Shown in pieces: positions 11,100-20,974 of a stretch of DNA of 64,000 nucleotides; the first letter of the stretch is position 1; every line of letters starts with the position of its first letter. The stretch covers positions 94,862,001-94,926,000 of the forward strand of contig NC_087472.1 in NCBI RefSeq assembly GCF_036321535.1, given 5' to 3'. The notes beneath the pieces are model-generated. The model did not search any database, was not told the DNA's origin, and worked only from the letters and a program-made list of their open reading frames with translations. Source of the DNA: Camelus dromedarius. Lineage: Eukaryota. The position numbers were made by a program, and so were the translations under genes.

Positions 11100-12960
11100 C
11101 AGTGAACTTCTTAACACTCTTCTGGGGTACCCACTTTAATTTAGCACCTGTACCAATACATAAAGACCCCCTCTCCCAACATTTTACATCAAAAGGCCCT
11201 TCCCAAATATCAGTAAATGTTTTTTTTTTATTTACACCTTAACTCCTTTTACATCTAAAGGTGGGTTTATAAACTTTCTAGCTGGTGTCAGTCTATCTAG
11301 TATGAGATTGCATATGAGCAATAAAACAGGGATATTGTCTATTGTGTAGCAAATTTTTAATATTTAAAAAATGTTGTAAATGTATTTTTGAGGATGCTTG
11401 AGGCAATATAGCAGTGGTTAATAACGGCAATGCATTTACCATATATTGAAAATCAGTAATTATATTTAAAAGTTTATTAGGTTTTTTTTTTTAATAGGGC
11501 TAGCTCTATTGTAGCAATTTTAGCTATCTGAGTACTTTTATGTCCTGTAGTAAATTTTGAATGCCATTGTTTTTTATTAAACCATACAATGGCAGCCTTG
11601 GATGTTTTTTGAGAACCATTAGTAAACAGTGTAACTGCCTGCAATAAGGGCTTTTTAGAAATAATAGTCATTAATTTTAGAGGTACTTGTGTGCAAAATT
11701 GTAACAGGGGATGTGAATATTTTTTTTTTAGATAATGTTTTAAAGAGGCCTGGATATCCTCGTTTTTTATAAAATAATTTTGGAATTGGCTGGCAGTACA
11801 TGGTAAATTTATATTTTGAGGATCTTGTCCCATTAATTGTAAACAGCGATGTCAAGTTTTGTTTATGATATCATGATAAGTAGTGGTTAAGGCAGGAGTT
11901 AATGATTGAGACAAATAAACCCACTCTAATAAGAATAAAGTGTCCCTTTTTTGTGTAAGTACCCCTGTAGGTGTTTGAGATGTATTTAAAACAATAAGAA
12001 TAATAGGTAATTTAGGTTGTAACCGGTGTAGAAATTGACAATTTAAAGTTTTATTAACCTTTTAAAATGTTTTGATAGCTTTAGGGGTTATTGTACGTAA
12101 TAAGGCAGGTTTCTTATCTCTTTTTAACAATTGAAATAAATGATGTAATTGGACTGTAGATATTTTTTAAAAAGGTCTGATCCAGTCAATATGTCCTAGC
12201 AATTGTTGCAATTGAACTAATGTTATACAAGGCTTGATATTTAATTTTATATGGTGTGGCCTAATAGTTTGTGTGTTGTTATCCTAAGAAATTTTTAAGG
12301 TTGCATTTTCTGTACTTTACCTTGAGCAACAAAAGGCCCTTAGTTTGTAAAAATGTAAGTTTTTTTGAAACAATAGAAGATTAGGTTTGTTTTTTACAGC
12401 CAGTAAGATGTTATCTATATAATGAAAAATATATATTTGAGGAAATTGTTGACGTATAGGTTTTAAAATTTTTTTACTAATTGCTGACATATAGTAGGAC
12501 TATTTTTTATACCCTGAGGAAGGAATTTTTATTGATAACGTTTAGGAATCTCCTGATTGTTACAGGTAGGAACAGTAAAGGCAAATTTTTTTTTTTATTA
12601 GCTTTGTGCAAAGGTAATGAGAAAAAACAATCCTTTACGTCAATAACAATTAAGGGCCAAGAGTCAGGAATAAGTTAAGGATTGGGTAGCCCCTTTTATA
12701 GGGGTCCCATAAGTTGCATTATAGCATTTATAGCACGTAAATCTTGTAATAACCTCCATTTTTCTGATTTTTTTTTATTACAAAACCAGGTGTGTTTTAA
12801 GGACTAGTAGAAGGTTTCAAATGACCCAGCTCTAGTTGTAGCCAATTTTTGTAATGTTTGTAGTTTTTCTCTAGGAAGGGGTCATTGCTCCACCCAAATA
12901 GGTTGCTGTTGGGTCCATGTTAGAGCAATGGGAATAATATTTGGGATAGTAGCAGCAGCC
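11100..12960 (-). pseudogene. pol: pol remnant: RT, RNase H and partial integrase
   Basis: [47 protein letters not shown], YIDN (from YMDD, 12410-12421), LFTNGS (RNase H), and IN C-terminal TDIWEGP...WERGSLC...WVP. The IN core is mostly deleted; multiple stops and frameshifts. Confidence 0.9.
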
Positions 12961-12964
12961 CCTA

Positions 12965-13645
12965 TTAAAAAGGATCAGTCTTTAAGGTTAGGTTTTACTG
13001 AGCAAGAAGGTCCTTGCCCCACAGAGTGCAGGGTATTGGTAGTATAAAAGGAGTTACAAAGGCCATTTTATTTTTAGGCCCTTGGACCTTTAGTGGGTGA
13101 GAACTTATTTTAGGTGCCAATAGTCTATAAACTCCTTGTACAGTAACATCAGATTTGTGTTTTTGCCAATCAGAAGGCCAAAGAAAACTAGAAATAATAG
13201 TTTTGTCTGCTCCTGTGTCCAATAACCCCGTAAGTTGTTTTTCTTGTATTGAAACTGTTAATATAGGTCTGTTATTGGTTATTGAATATATCCAAAAAGT
13301 TTGTTGTCCTGTCCGAAGCCCTTATCTCCTCTATTACTTTTAGCAAATTTTTGAGCAGGTAAATAAGTTATTAAAATAATTTGAGCAATTTGAGATTGCT
13401 AAGGAATAATGTAATAAGAAGAGGCATGAACCATAATTTTAATTTCTCCAGTATAATCATTATTAATAACACCAGGTAAAACTGTTAACCCTTTCAAGCC
13501 CACAGATGATTTTCCTATTAGCAATCCAAAATACCCAGAAGGTAAAGGTCCCCAGACTCCAGTAGACATTAAGTAGGTTTTATTACTGTCACTTATTCAA
13601 TTCATTATCAATAGTATCTAAACTTGTGCTCCTGGGGGAAGCTGC
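12965..13645 (-). pseudogene. pro: pro remnant: dUTPase plus aspartic protease
   Basis: [42 protein letters not shown] and RGDKGFG (dUTPase motifs), followed by LLDTGADKTII and LWGKDLL (protease). A dUTPase within pro is the betaretroviral arrangement. Confidence 0.9.
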
Positions 13646-13867
13646 AATGAGGTCAGAAATGGTGGGATGGGACTTTGGCTGACAACGATTTCCTATATTT
13701 GTTTTTGAGGGGCACCTGGGAGGGTGCCCCAATTTGAAATAGCCTTTAAATAAATCCTCTGTTGTACTGTCAGTTGCTGTCCCATGGTTAGTTCGTGGCA
13801 TGTCTGATAGGCTGAAAATCCCTGATATAAATTTTTCCCCTTCCTTACATGTAGTCTCCATGCTGAT

Positions 13868-13885
13868 ACCATGTTGGGGTCACCA
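13868..13885 (-). promoter_or_regulatory. Primer-binding site, tRNA-Trp-like
   Basis: The minus strand reads LTR-CA, TT, TGGTGACCCCAACATGGT, a 15/18 match to TGGTGACCCCGACGTGAT (complement of the tRNA-Trp 3' end). Confidence 0.8.
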
Positions 13886-13887
13886 AA

Positions 13888-14302
13888 TGTTGGTGTCGTG
13901 ATATCATGTGCACATACACACTGTATGCAGAGAGAGCTGATGGCTACTCTGAAGCTTTATTAAGTTACACAGTCTTATATAGCTAAGAAGAATGACAAGG
14001 GAAATGGTTAACAGGCAGCATCTGGCTCAAGGTCAGAAGACCCTTTATGTTTTGGTAAATCATGTTCGTGTTGGCACCAGCGAGCCTTACAGCTTATCAG
14101 GGCGGAATGTATGAGAAACAGCTGCTTAACAACATTCTTCTTGGCCTCAAGCGGCTGTGCCTGTCTTAGGTTGCCCCCCTATGGGGATCTTACCTGTCAT
14201 TGGCTAACCAGCCTTCTCACCTCTGAGTCTGCAGCTAATTATGACTTGTTTACCATTCCAGCCCAAACCTCGTTTCTTTGTTCCCACAGTCGGGGGCCTA
14301 CA
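13888..14302 (-). repeat. 5' LTR of the provirus
   Basis: Direct repeat of 9380-9794 at offset 4508 with no indels, followed by the PBS on the minus strand. Confidence 0.95.
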
Positions 14303-14975
14303 TATCTCACCATTTCCCTTACATGATAGCTACTGTTAGACCCTAAAATACTAAGAGGCAGTGGCTTGGGCAACATTATCGTACCAGCCCCATAATATTA
14401 GGGAGCTTTCTAAAGAGAAGATGGTCAATTAATGTGAGAGAAAAAAGGAGAGAGCAAGAAGTCTACTTTATTATGTTATAATTTCTCATACAGTGAATAA
14501 GCTAAGCAAATCTAGGTGCATATTATTTAATTTTACAGAAAGCACAAACAAGGCAAAGTAACAATTAACCAGCTTTACTTTTATTCCAGCACTTTGTGAT
14601 CCCAAATATTATCCTGTGGGATTTTTTCACATTTCTGCAAAAAATTCTATTCCAATGCCATGTTGCCTTGTTCTGTAGCAAAAGGAAAATAATATCGGCT
14701 TTTCAATTTGTTTACAAATAACATACTCTTAACACTGAACAATAATAAATGTGACATACATGCTATTAATAAACTTAGACTCTGAAGCAAAATAAACTTT
14801 CATTTAAAAGCAATATTTGAAAAAACAATTAAAAAAGACCTACAAATTACTCATGTACAACAACAAAAAAACCCAATAAAATTGATACTTTGTTCCCTGG
14901 ACCTGTACTACCATGCACTACTTAGACGCTTGGCTGATCTCTTAAACACAAAGTGAACAAGCTGCCCCGGCTTCC

Positions 14976-16004
14976 CTAGACCTGGGAGGAGCTGCAGGAC
15001 TTGGCCTTGGAACATGCACGGGCCTTGGCACGCGCTGCAGCCCTGACCGCAGCTCTCACCCCAGCTCTCTCCTCCTCATCTTTCAGAGCCTCCTCATACA
15101 GCTTGGGGAAGGCCCTGGGGACCGTACCATTGATCTTGGCCAGAACCTCCAGCACTTTCATCTTGGTGGTTTCAGCGTGGGCCTTCGGGCCCCACAGGAA
15201 CTCATAGCGGGGAGGATCGCTGTCGGGCACCTGGCGGTACTCGAGGTACTTCTGCTGCACCAGATCTTTGGTGATGAGCCTCCTGGGCTCCCCAAAGATC
15301 AAGTGCCTCTTCCCAGGGTGGACCCCCAACGCACCGAGGAACTCCCAGACCTCCTCCTCGGTGGCACGGTTGCCCTTCATGAAGATCACGCCCAGGAGCG
15401 TCATCAGCAGACCAGACTTGGGCAGCCCCCTATCACCACTCAGATTTTCGTCGCTGGGGAGGCCCAGCTTGCAGACCAGGGCATAGGAGTGACTGCTGGG
15501 GTCGACCTCCTTCAGCTCCAGGCCAAAGACCAGCTCCAAGCGCTCAGAGACTCTCCTGAGGATCTCGGGGAAATGCTCCTTGTACTTCCTGTTGACGATC
15601 TTCAGCAGGGCTGTCTGCGTGATGGGCTCATTGGTCTTGTACTTCTCCAGCAGGAACTGCATCAACTTGCACGCCTTCCTGGTCAGAGGATCTCTGAGAG
15701 AGCTCTGAGCGGAGCACGCTGCCTGGGAGGCGCTGGCCCTCTCCTCTTGGCTCTGGGCACCTTGCTCAGACCCCGAGCACGCACCCCCCGCCTCGGGAGA
15801 GCTGGGGGCCACGGCTCCCTCAGGCTGCTGGCTAGTGCCAGCGGCAGGGGAGCTCGGGGGAGAAACAGAAGAGGGCGAGGAGGGGGTCTCCCCCTCTGCT
15901 GCGGCAGCTTCAGTGGCCCGTGCACCCTGGAGATTCTGGGTCTCCAACCGGGCCTGGTGGCGCTTTATGCGGGCACGGCACTTGCTCTTGCGCCCCCGAG
16001 GCAT
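14976..16004 (-). CDS. MAGEB6: MAGE-B family protein, MAGEB6-like (copy A), 342 aa
   Basis: Intact ORF with a MAGE domain. KAC.L.QFL, KLGLPS...LSGD..LPKSGLLM, EEEVWEFLG.LG, AETTKM.VL.VLA and P.LYE.AL resemble human MAGEB6 as recalled, and the position beside MAGEB5 fits. Acceptor-like CAG at 16069-16071. Family is certain, paralog name less so. Confidence 0.8.
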   Translation of the reverse strand: MPRGRKSKCRARIKRHQARLETQNLQGARATEAAAAEGETPSSPSSVSPPSSPAAGTSQQPEGAVAPSSPEAGGACSGSEQGAQSQEERASASQAACSAQSSLRDPLTRKACKLMQFLLEKYKTNEPITQTALLKIVNRKYKEHFPEILRRVSERLELVFGLELKEVDPSSHSYALVCKLGLPSDENLSGDRGLPKSGLLMTLLGVIFMKGNRATEEEVWEFLGALGVHPGKRHLIFGEPRRLITKDLVQQKYLEYRQVPDSDPPRYEFLWGPKAHAETTKMKVLEVLAKINGTVPRAFPKLYEEALKDEEERAGVRAAVRAAARAKARACSKAKSCSSSQV

Positions 16005-16239
16005 GATGACACAGGTCAGGGACAGCAGCAGGCAGGACTGCGGGCAGGGAAGCAGGCGAGGAGGACACCTGGAGGAGGGACAGGGAGATGCCTGAGCACC
16101 CTCAGCAGGGAGATTCCTCCCTGGCTCTCACCAAGGCCGCCTCTGCAGGGTCCTTGAGGGCACCGCTCCAGGACCCGCAGGGCTGCGTTCTGCTGGTCAG
16201 CCTGTGCCCTGAGGACGCTGTGGACGACGTCAGACTGAG

Positions 16240-18253
16240 GCTTGGGCCGCAGCCAGACAGCCCTGCCTGGGCCTTACTGGGGTGACAGTGGGGGCTGGCA
16301 GGGGAGGTAGTTCCTCTCGGTCACATTCAGAGTCCGGATGACAACTGTTGGCAAGACTCCACCCCCTCCCCTCTGCTGCTCTCAAGCTGACTCTACCATC
16401 TCCCATGTGAGCCACGAGGAGGACAAGGGGGAGCACCCAGCCCACCACTGAAGGGCCCGCGACCCTCCCTTCCGCTGTCCGGTGGCTGCCCCTTCAGAAC
16501 AGAGGTCTAACCTCCCTTAGACTTGAGAGAGGAAGTGATGGAAGTCTCAGCCTGACAGTCCTTTCCTGGGCTTTTAAGGGTTGACAGGAAGGGACAGGCC
16601 ACATTCTCTGGTCCCTTCTCTTCAGGGTGGGGGACTGGCCTAGTCCTCACTGGGGGTCCTCCCTGGACCGCTGGTGCAGCCTGGAGCTGCTCTCTCTGGC
16701 CTGAGGGCTGTCCACTCCCACCAATGGCAGCACCTCCTGGAGACTCATCTGGGGGAAGGGAGGGTGACTGCGGAGCCCCAGCGGCCAGAGTGTGACCCAG
16801 CCTGCAGCCTGCAGCAGACAGGTCGAGGCCCTGTGGCTGACGCTCGCCCCTCCACACCGTGCCTCACTCGAGCCCCTCCCCTCGCAGACAGCAGCCTCAC
16901 TTCTCAGTGTTTGGCTGGCAGGAAGTGGCTGGCGTCGGGGAGGGATCCGAGGGGCCCTTGTTACGGGGAGGGTGGTCTCACAGGCCTGCGGGACTCACCC
17001 TGAGTCTCCCCAGGCCCAGAAACACCCCCCGCCCCGTGCTGCCAGGCCGCCAGCCCCTCAGACCAGGCCCCGCCTCCCGCCTCCCGCCTCCCGCCTCTCC
17101 GAGCACGAGCACGAGGTGAGGGCGCCCGGCCTCAGCCCTCAGCCCTGCCCCGACCCCCAGGCCGCTGTCAGGAGCACGGTCTGCGGCCCCCGCTCCCGGG
17201 TGTGGGGTCCCCTCGGTGCTCCCGCAGGGTCTCTCCTTCACTCCGGAGGGCCTGGGGCTCCCCCTCTACTGAGCTGAGCCGGGCTCCACCAGCCTGGGAC
17301 CAAGGCCTCCTCCCCGGCACCCCGCGGGGAAGTGAGGGGACTCTGGGCCTAACAGCCACGCGGGGTCCTCCGGGGCCCAGAGCAGGGGCGGGAGGGCACG
17401 GCCTGGCGGGCCGCCTCTTCTGGGGGGCAAAGGGACCCGGGGTGTCGGGGGCGTGTCCCCGCCTTCGTAACTCAGGATACCTCACACCTGGACACCTGAC
17501 AGGACGCGGGGCTCCTCCCTCTGCTCACCCTGGGCGGCAGCTCTCAGGAATGGCGTCAGGCCCTGAGTGTGGTGACAGGGCCGTCGCTTTGGCTTCCGGT
17601 CGCGCACATCCGGGCCTCTGGGAGGACAGCAGGGGCGCGGCCATGGGGGCGGGGTTCCGGGGGAGAGCCGGCGGGTCGAGGAGCGTGTGCACCTTCCGTG
17701 GGCTCTCAGCGGGTCCTGGGGCTTCTCCCTCTGCTGAGCTGAGTCCGCTGGGCGCAGACCGTGCCTCTCACTTCCCTCGGGTACCCCAGCAGGAAGTGTT
17801 TGGGGCCTGAGCCTAGCAGCCATGTCTGGGGCCTTCAAGACTGACAGTCGGGAGCTCTCTGGGCCCCTCTTTTTGGTGGGTGCTCCTCTCAGTCCTCTCT
17901 CAGGGTCTTCCCTTGACTGCCAGCAGGTGCTGGTCTACCTCCCATCTGCCGACCCGAGGCCAAGGCCTCAACATCAAACACATCAGCTCCCTGAGCCTCC
18001 TGGTGTGAAGTGCAGGTACATCTCATCTGGCCACACCTGCCTGGAGCCTCCTGATGCTGAGGTGAGGAGGATGGCGGGGAGACTCTGTGGGATCCCATGT
18101 CTTCTTTGGAGTGGAGCCGCTCAGTCCTCACACTGACTGCTGGCAGGGCCTGGGGTTCCTTCCTGCTCTGGCATGAATCTATCCCTGTCCCCAACCATGG
18201 CCCTCAAAATCCCAGAGGAGTTAGTAAAGGGGCTCCTTAGCCTGACAGTTCTC
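16240..18253 (-). repeat. GC/CpG-rich MAGE 5' module array (copy A)
   Basis: Repeated gaagtg/ctcagcctgacag/agtcctcact motifs near 16530, 16920, 17328, 17790, 18006 and 18240; dense CpG around 17000-17800. Confidence 0.7.
17525..17660 (-). promoter_or_regulatory. Candidate CpG-island core promoter and first exon of MAGEB6-like copy A
   Basis: On the minus strand: GC box (17646-17654), two ETS cores CCGGATGT (17606-17613) and CCGGAAG (17593-17599), CGCCATT near 17548-17555, then donor CAGG|GTGAGC at ~17530. Confidence 0.55.
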
Positions 18254-18879
18254 ACTGTAATCTTCCTTTGTTTTCATCAGGGGCATTGCCCAAAAGTTCA
18301 GAAATGAATCTCTGTCTTTATGTGCAGTTACCGTCCTACTTGCTTTTCTTTGTTAGTCCGTGCCTAATAGTGTTTTAAGATGGTAACTTAGTAAGTCCAG
18401 TTATCATCCACTAATGAGGTTTCAGACAGTTTTTTAACACAGCCCCTGGACTATACTGCCAGATCCAACCCAAACTTTGGTGCCACCTTGATATTACCCC
18501 CATGGTCCTGGCATGTGGACTCTGAAATGCTGTCTCAGTTTCTTTCAGTAAAGCAGTAGAAAAACATGGTCCCAGGGCACAATGGAAGAATTAAGGGCTG
18601 AACTTTAAAATTTTTCCTCGATCTAATCCTGTCATCTGCCTCTCTTACAGGTGGTAGACCTGTCTCAACCTCAGAGTACTCCCACACCTGCCCACACATA
18701 AGGTTTAGTTCAGTACGTACTTAGTGTCTTTTAGGGGTTTATCATTTTTGTTTTTTTCCTGTTGTTAGTGATTTTTTTTTTGTTATCCTTCCTTTAATTT
18801 TGCAGTGTGGATATTAGTTATGAAAAACAGCAGCCTGAGTTTGGTTGTCATCTTTGCAGCTATAAATAAGGCAATAAAT

Positions 18880-20760
18880 CTGTCAACATGTTAAGGAGAA
18901 TTGACATCTGTACAATATTTCCTTTCCCATGAGTAAACATAGTATACCTCTTTATTTGAGACTTCTTTTTTTAAGCCTGTCAGAACGTTTTTATAGTTGC
19001 CTTATAAAGAATTTGTACACTCATGTTCAGCTTTCTGTTGAGTGTATTTTGTGTATTATTGTTCTGAATGGTGTATTTTCCATTACATGTTCTAATTTGC
19101 TGGTGAATTTGTTTGGCAGGATTCCTAATTTTGCTATAGTGATTTTTTATACATCAGCTTTCTAAGGGTCCTCATATATATATGACTATTTTCTGCATCA
19201 ATTACTTCACAGTTTTTAGTTAGGAGATCATATTTATTATTATTTCTTTCTTTTCACTATTCTTACCTCTTATTTACTTTAGTGTTTGTATTCTTGTGTA
19301 ATAGTTGTGTACTATCTCCATATTTTCATCCAGTTGTAAACAGCGGGTTTAATACCATATATGTTTGTCTTCTGGACTCTATTCAATATGCTTTAATGTT
19401 TCACAGTTAGTATGTTCATTGTAGATTCTGTGAAATAAAAATTCTCTTCTAATGCTATTTTGCTAAAAGTTGTTTCCATGAACTGGTGTGAATTTTTGTC
19501 AAAGGCTTTTTCTTTACCCTTGCACACGGTCACATGCTTTTTCCCTTTTTTGCTAATGTAATGATTTCTAGTTGTCTGTATTTTCTGATGGTAATTCACT
19601 ACTATACTGGAAATACTATGAATTTATTTAGGATATTTGTCTCTATGTGGATGAGCTTGGCTTAAGTGTTGTTTTATCGAGGGATCCTCATCTAGTGTTT
19701 GTATCAAGGAGAGGTAGCCTGTTAAAATGGTTGAACAACTCGCAATATTTCTGTATGTTTTAGAAGAGTTTATATGAGATATTGATTAGTATTTCCTTTA
19801 CTATTTGGTGTACCAGGCCCCCAAACCTGGCTGCTCTTGAACTATTTTGATGGTGCCTTGAGTTGAACTGCAGTTTCAGTTTGTACTGTGTGATTAAAGA
19901 TTTCTATTTGGCTATGGACCTACTTAATAATTTTAATTTGCTAAAAATGTTCCATTTTACTTGAATTTTTCTGTTGATGCCTGATAATTAAATAAAATCC
20001 TTTTATTATAGAAATTCTCAAACATATACAATAGTACAGAGAATAGAATAATGAATCCAATTTCCTGCCATTCATCATTAACAATCCTCAATTTTTATAG
20101 GTAGAATCTTGTTCATATTAGGGTTTAGGATTTGTTTGTTTATTGGCATGCACAATCTAGAGGTAACAGTGTGCACTTCCATTAGAAAATACATAATGTC
20201 TTTTGTCTCCTTTGTGGTAAGTTGGCAGTCATCATCTTTGTCCATTAATTCATTAGGGGCTACAGGATGGTAATTCTCTAATTCTGAAGTTCTTTGAGTT
20301 TATTGCGTGAAATTCTTCTTTAGGTAGAACTTTTTCCTTGTCCATCAATTGTTACCTTGAAAGATTGGTAGTACTTATTTGTAGTGTTCCTTTATAATTG
20401 CCAAGTCTCTTTTATACCTGTTTCGTACAGTTTTATTTATCTAATATCACTTACACTTCATTCATTTGCGATTGTTGTAAAAATTGTTACATAAATTCTT
20501 TAAAAAACTAGTTTTTACTAGTTGGCTCTACTGTCTTCTAATTCATCACTTTTGCATTCATCTTCATTATTTCCTGCCTTCTATTTCTTTGTGTCTAATA
20601 TGCTATTCTTTCTCTAGCTTTTTGAATTGTTTGAATGGTTTCAACATTCTTCTAACAAATCTGTTTAATGGAATAAATATTCCTGTAAGTACCACTTGGG
20701 CTGTCTCCAACAAGAGTGCTGTAGAGCTTTATGTGTAGTGCTCACGTTTATTACAAGTTG
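18880..20760 (-). mobile_element. Very old L1 (L1ME-like) fragments and other decayed repeats
   Basis: T-rich sequence with L1 ORF2-antisense-like phrases (gaattttgtcaaaggcttttt, gatattgattagtatttcc). Shared with the second duplication unit. Confidence 0.4.
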
Positions 20761-20796
20761 AATGCACCTCTCTTAATGCTCTTGTAATTTTTTGAA

Positions 20797-20816
20797 TGTG
20801 TGTGTGTGTGTGTGTA
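20797..20816. repeat. (TG)n microsatellite
   Basis: Seen directly in the sequence. Confidence 0.85.
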
Positions 20817-20974
20817 TACAAACACTAGGATGGAAACAAGAGTTATTTAGAGGAGGTTTCAGGTTTTGGGTCCATGAGTGTTTTTCTTTATTATATTTTA
20901 TTTATTAATGATAGAAGAAATTTGAACAAATACAACTCCTAGTAGCAGAGTTGGGGTTTTTTTTCAGAAGCGAA

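Larger units (their letters stand above)
9380..14302 (-). mobile_element. Internally deleted class II (betaretrovirus-like) endogenous provirus, 4,923 bp
   Basis: Two 415-bp LTRs, TATCT target-site duplication (9375-9379 and 14303-14307), PBS, PPT, and dUTPase-pro-RT-RNaseH-IN-env remnants in retroviral order on the minus strand. Confidence 0.95.
14895..18253. repeat. Near-identical 3,359-bp tract, copy A
   Basis: Matches 38902-42260 at constant offset 24007; differences seen only at 15321 and 15573. Confidence 0.95.

Noticed and set aside
15177..16157. 326-aa plus-strand ORF antisense to MAGEB6 (and its copy at 39184-40164)
   Set aside because: GTG start and no recognisable domain; an open antisense frame is expected from GC-rich codon usage, and its duplication merely follows the converted tract.
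16088..18194. Cluster of overlapping Pro/Gly/Arg/Ala-rich ORFs (also 40095-42201)
   Set aside because: Stop-poor CpG-island sequence with no protein motifs.
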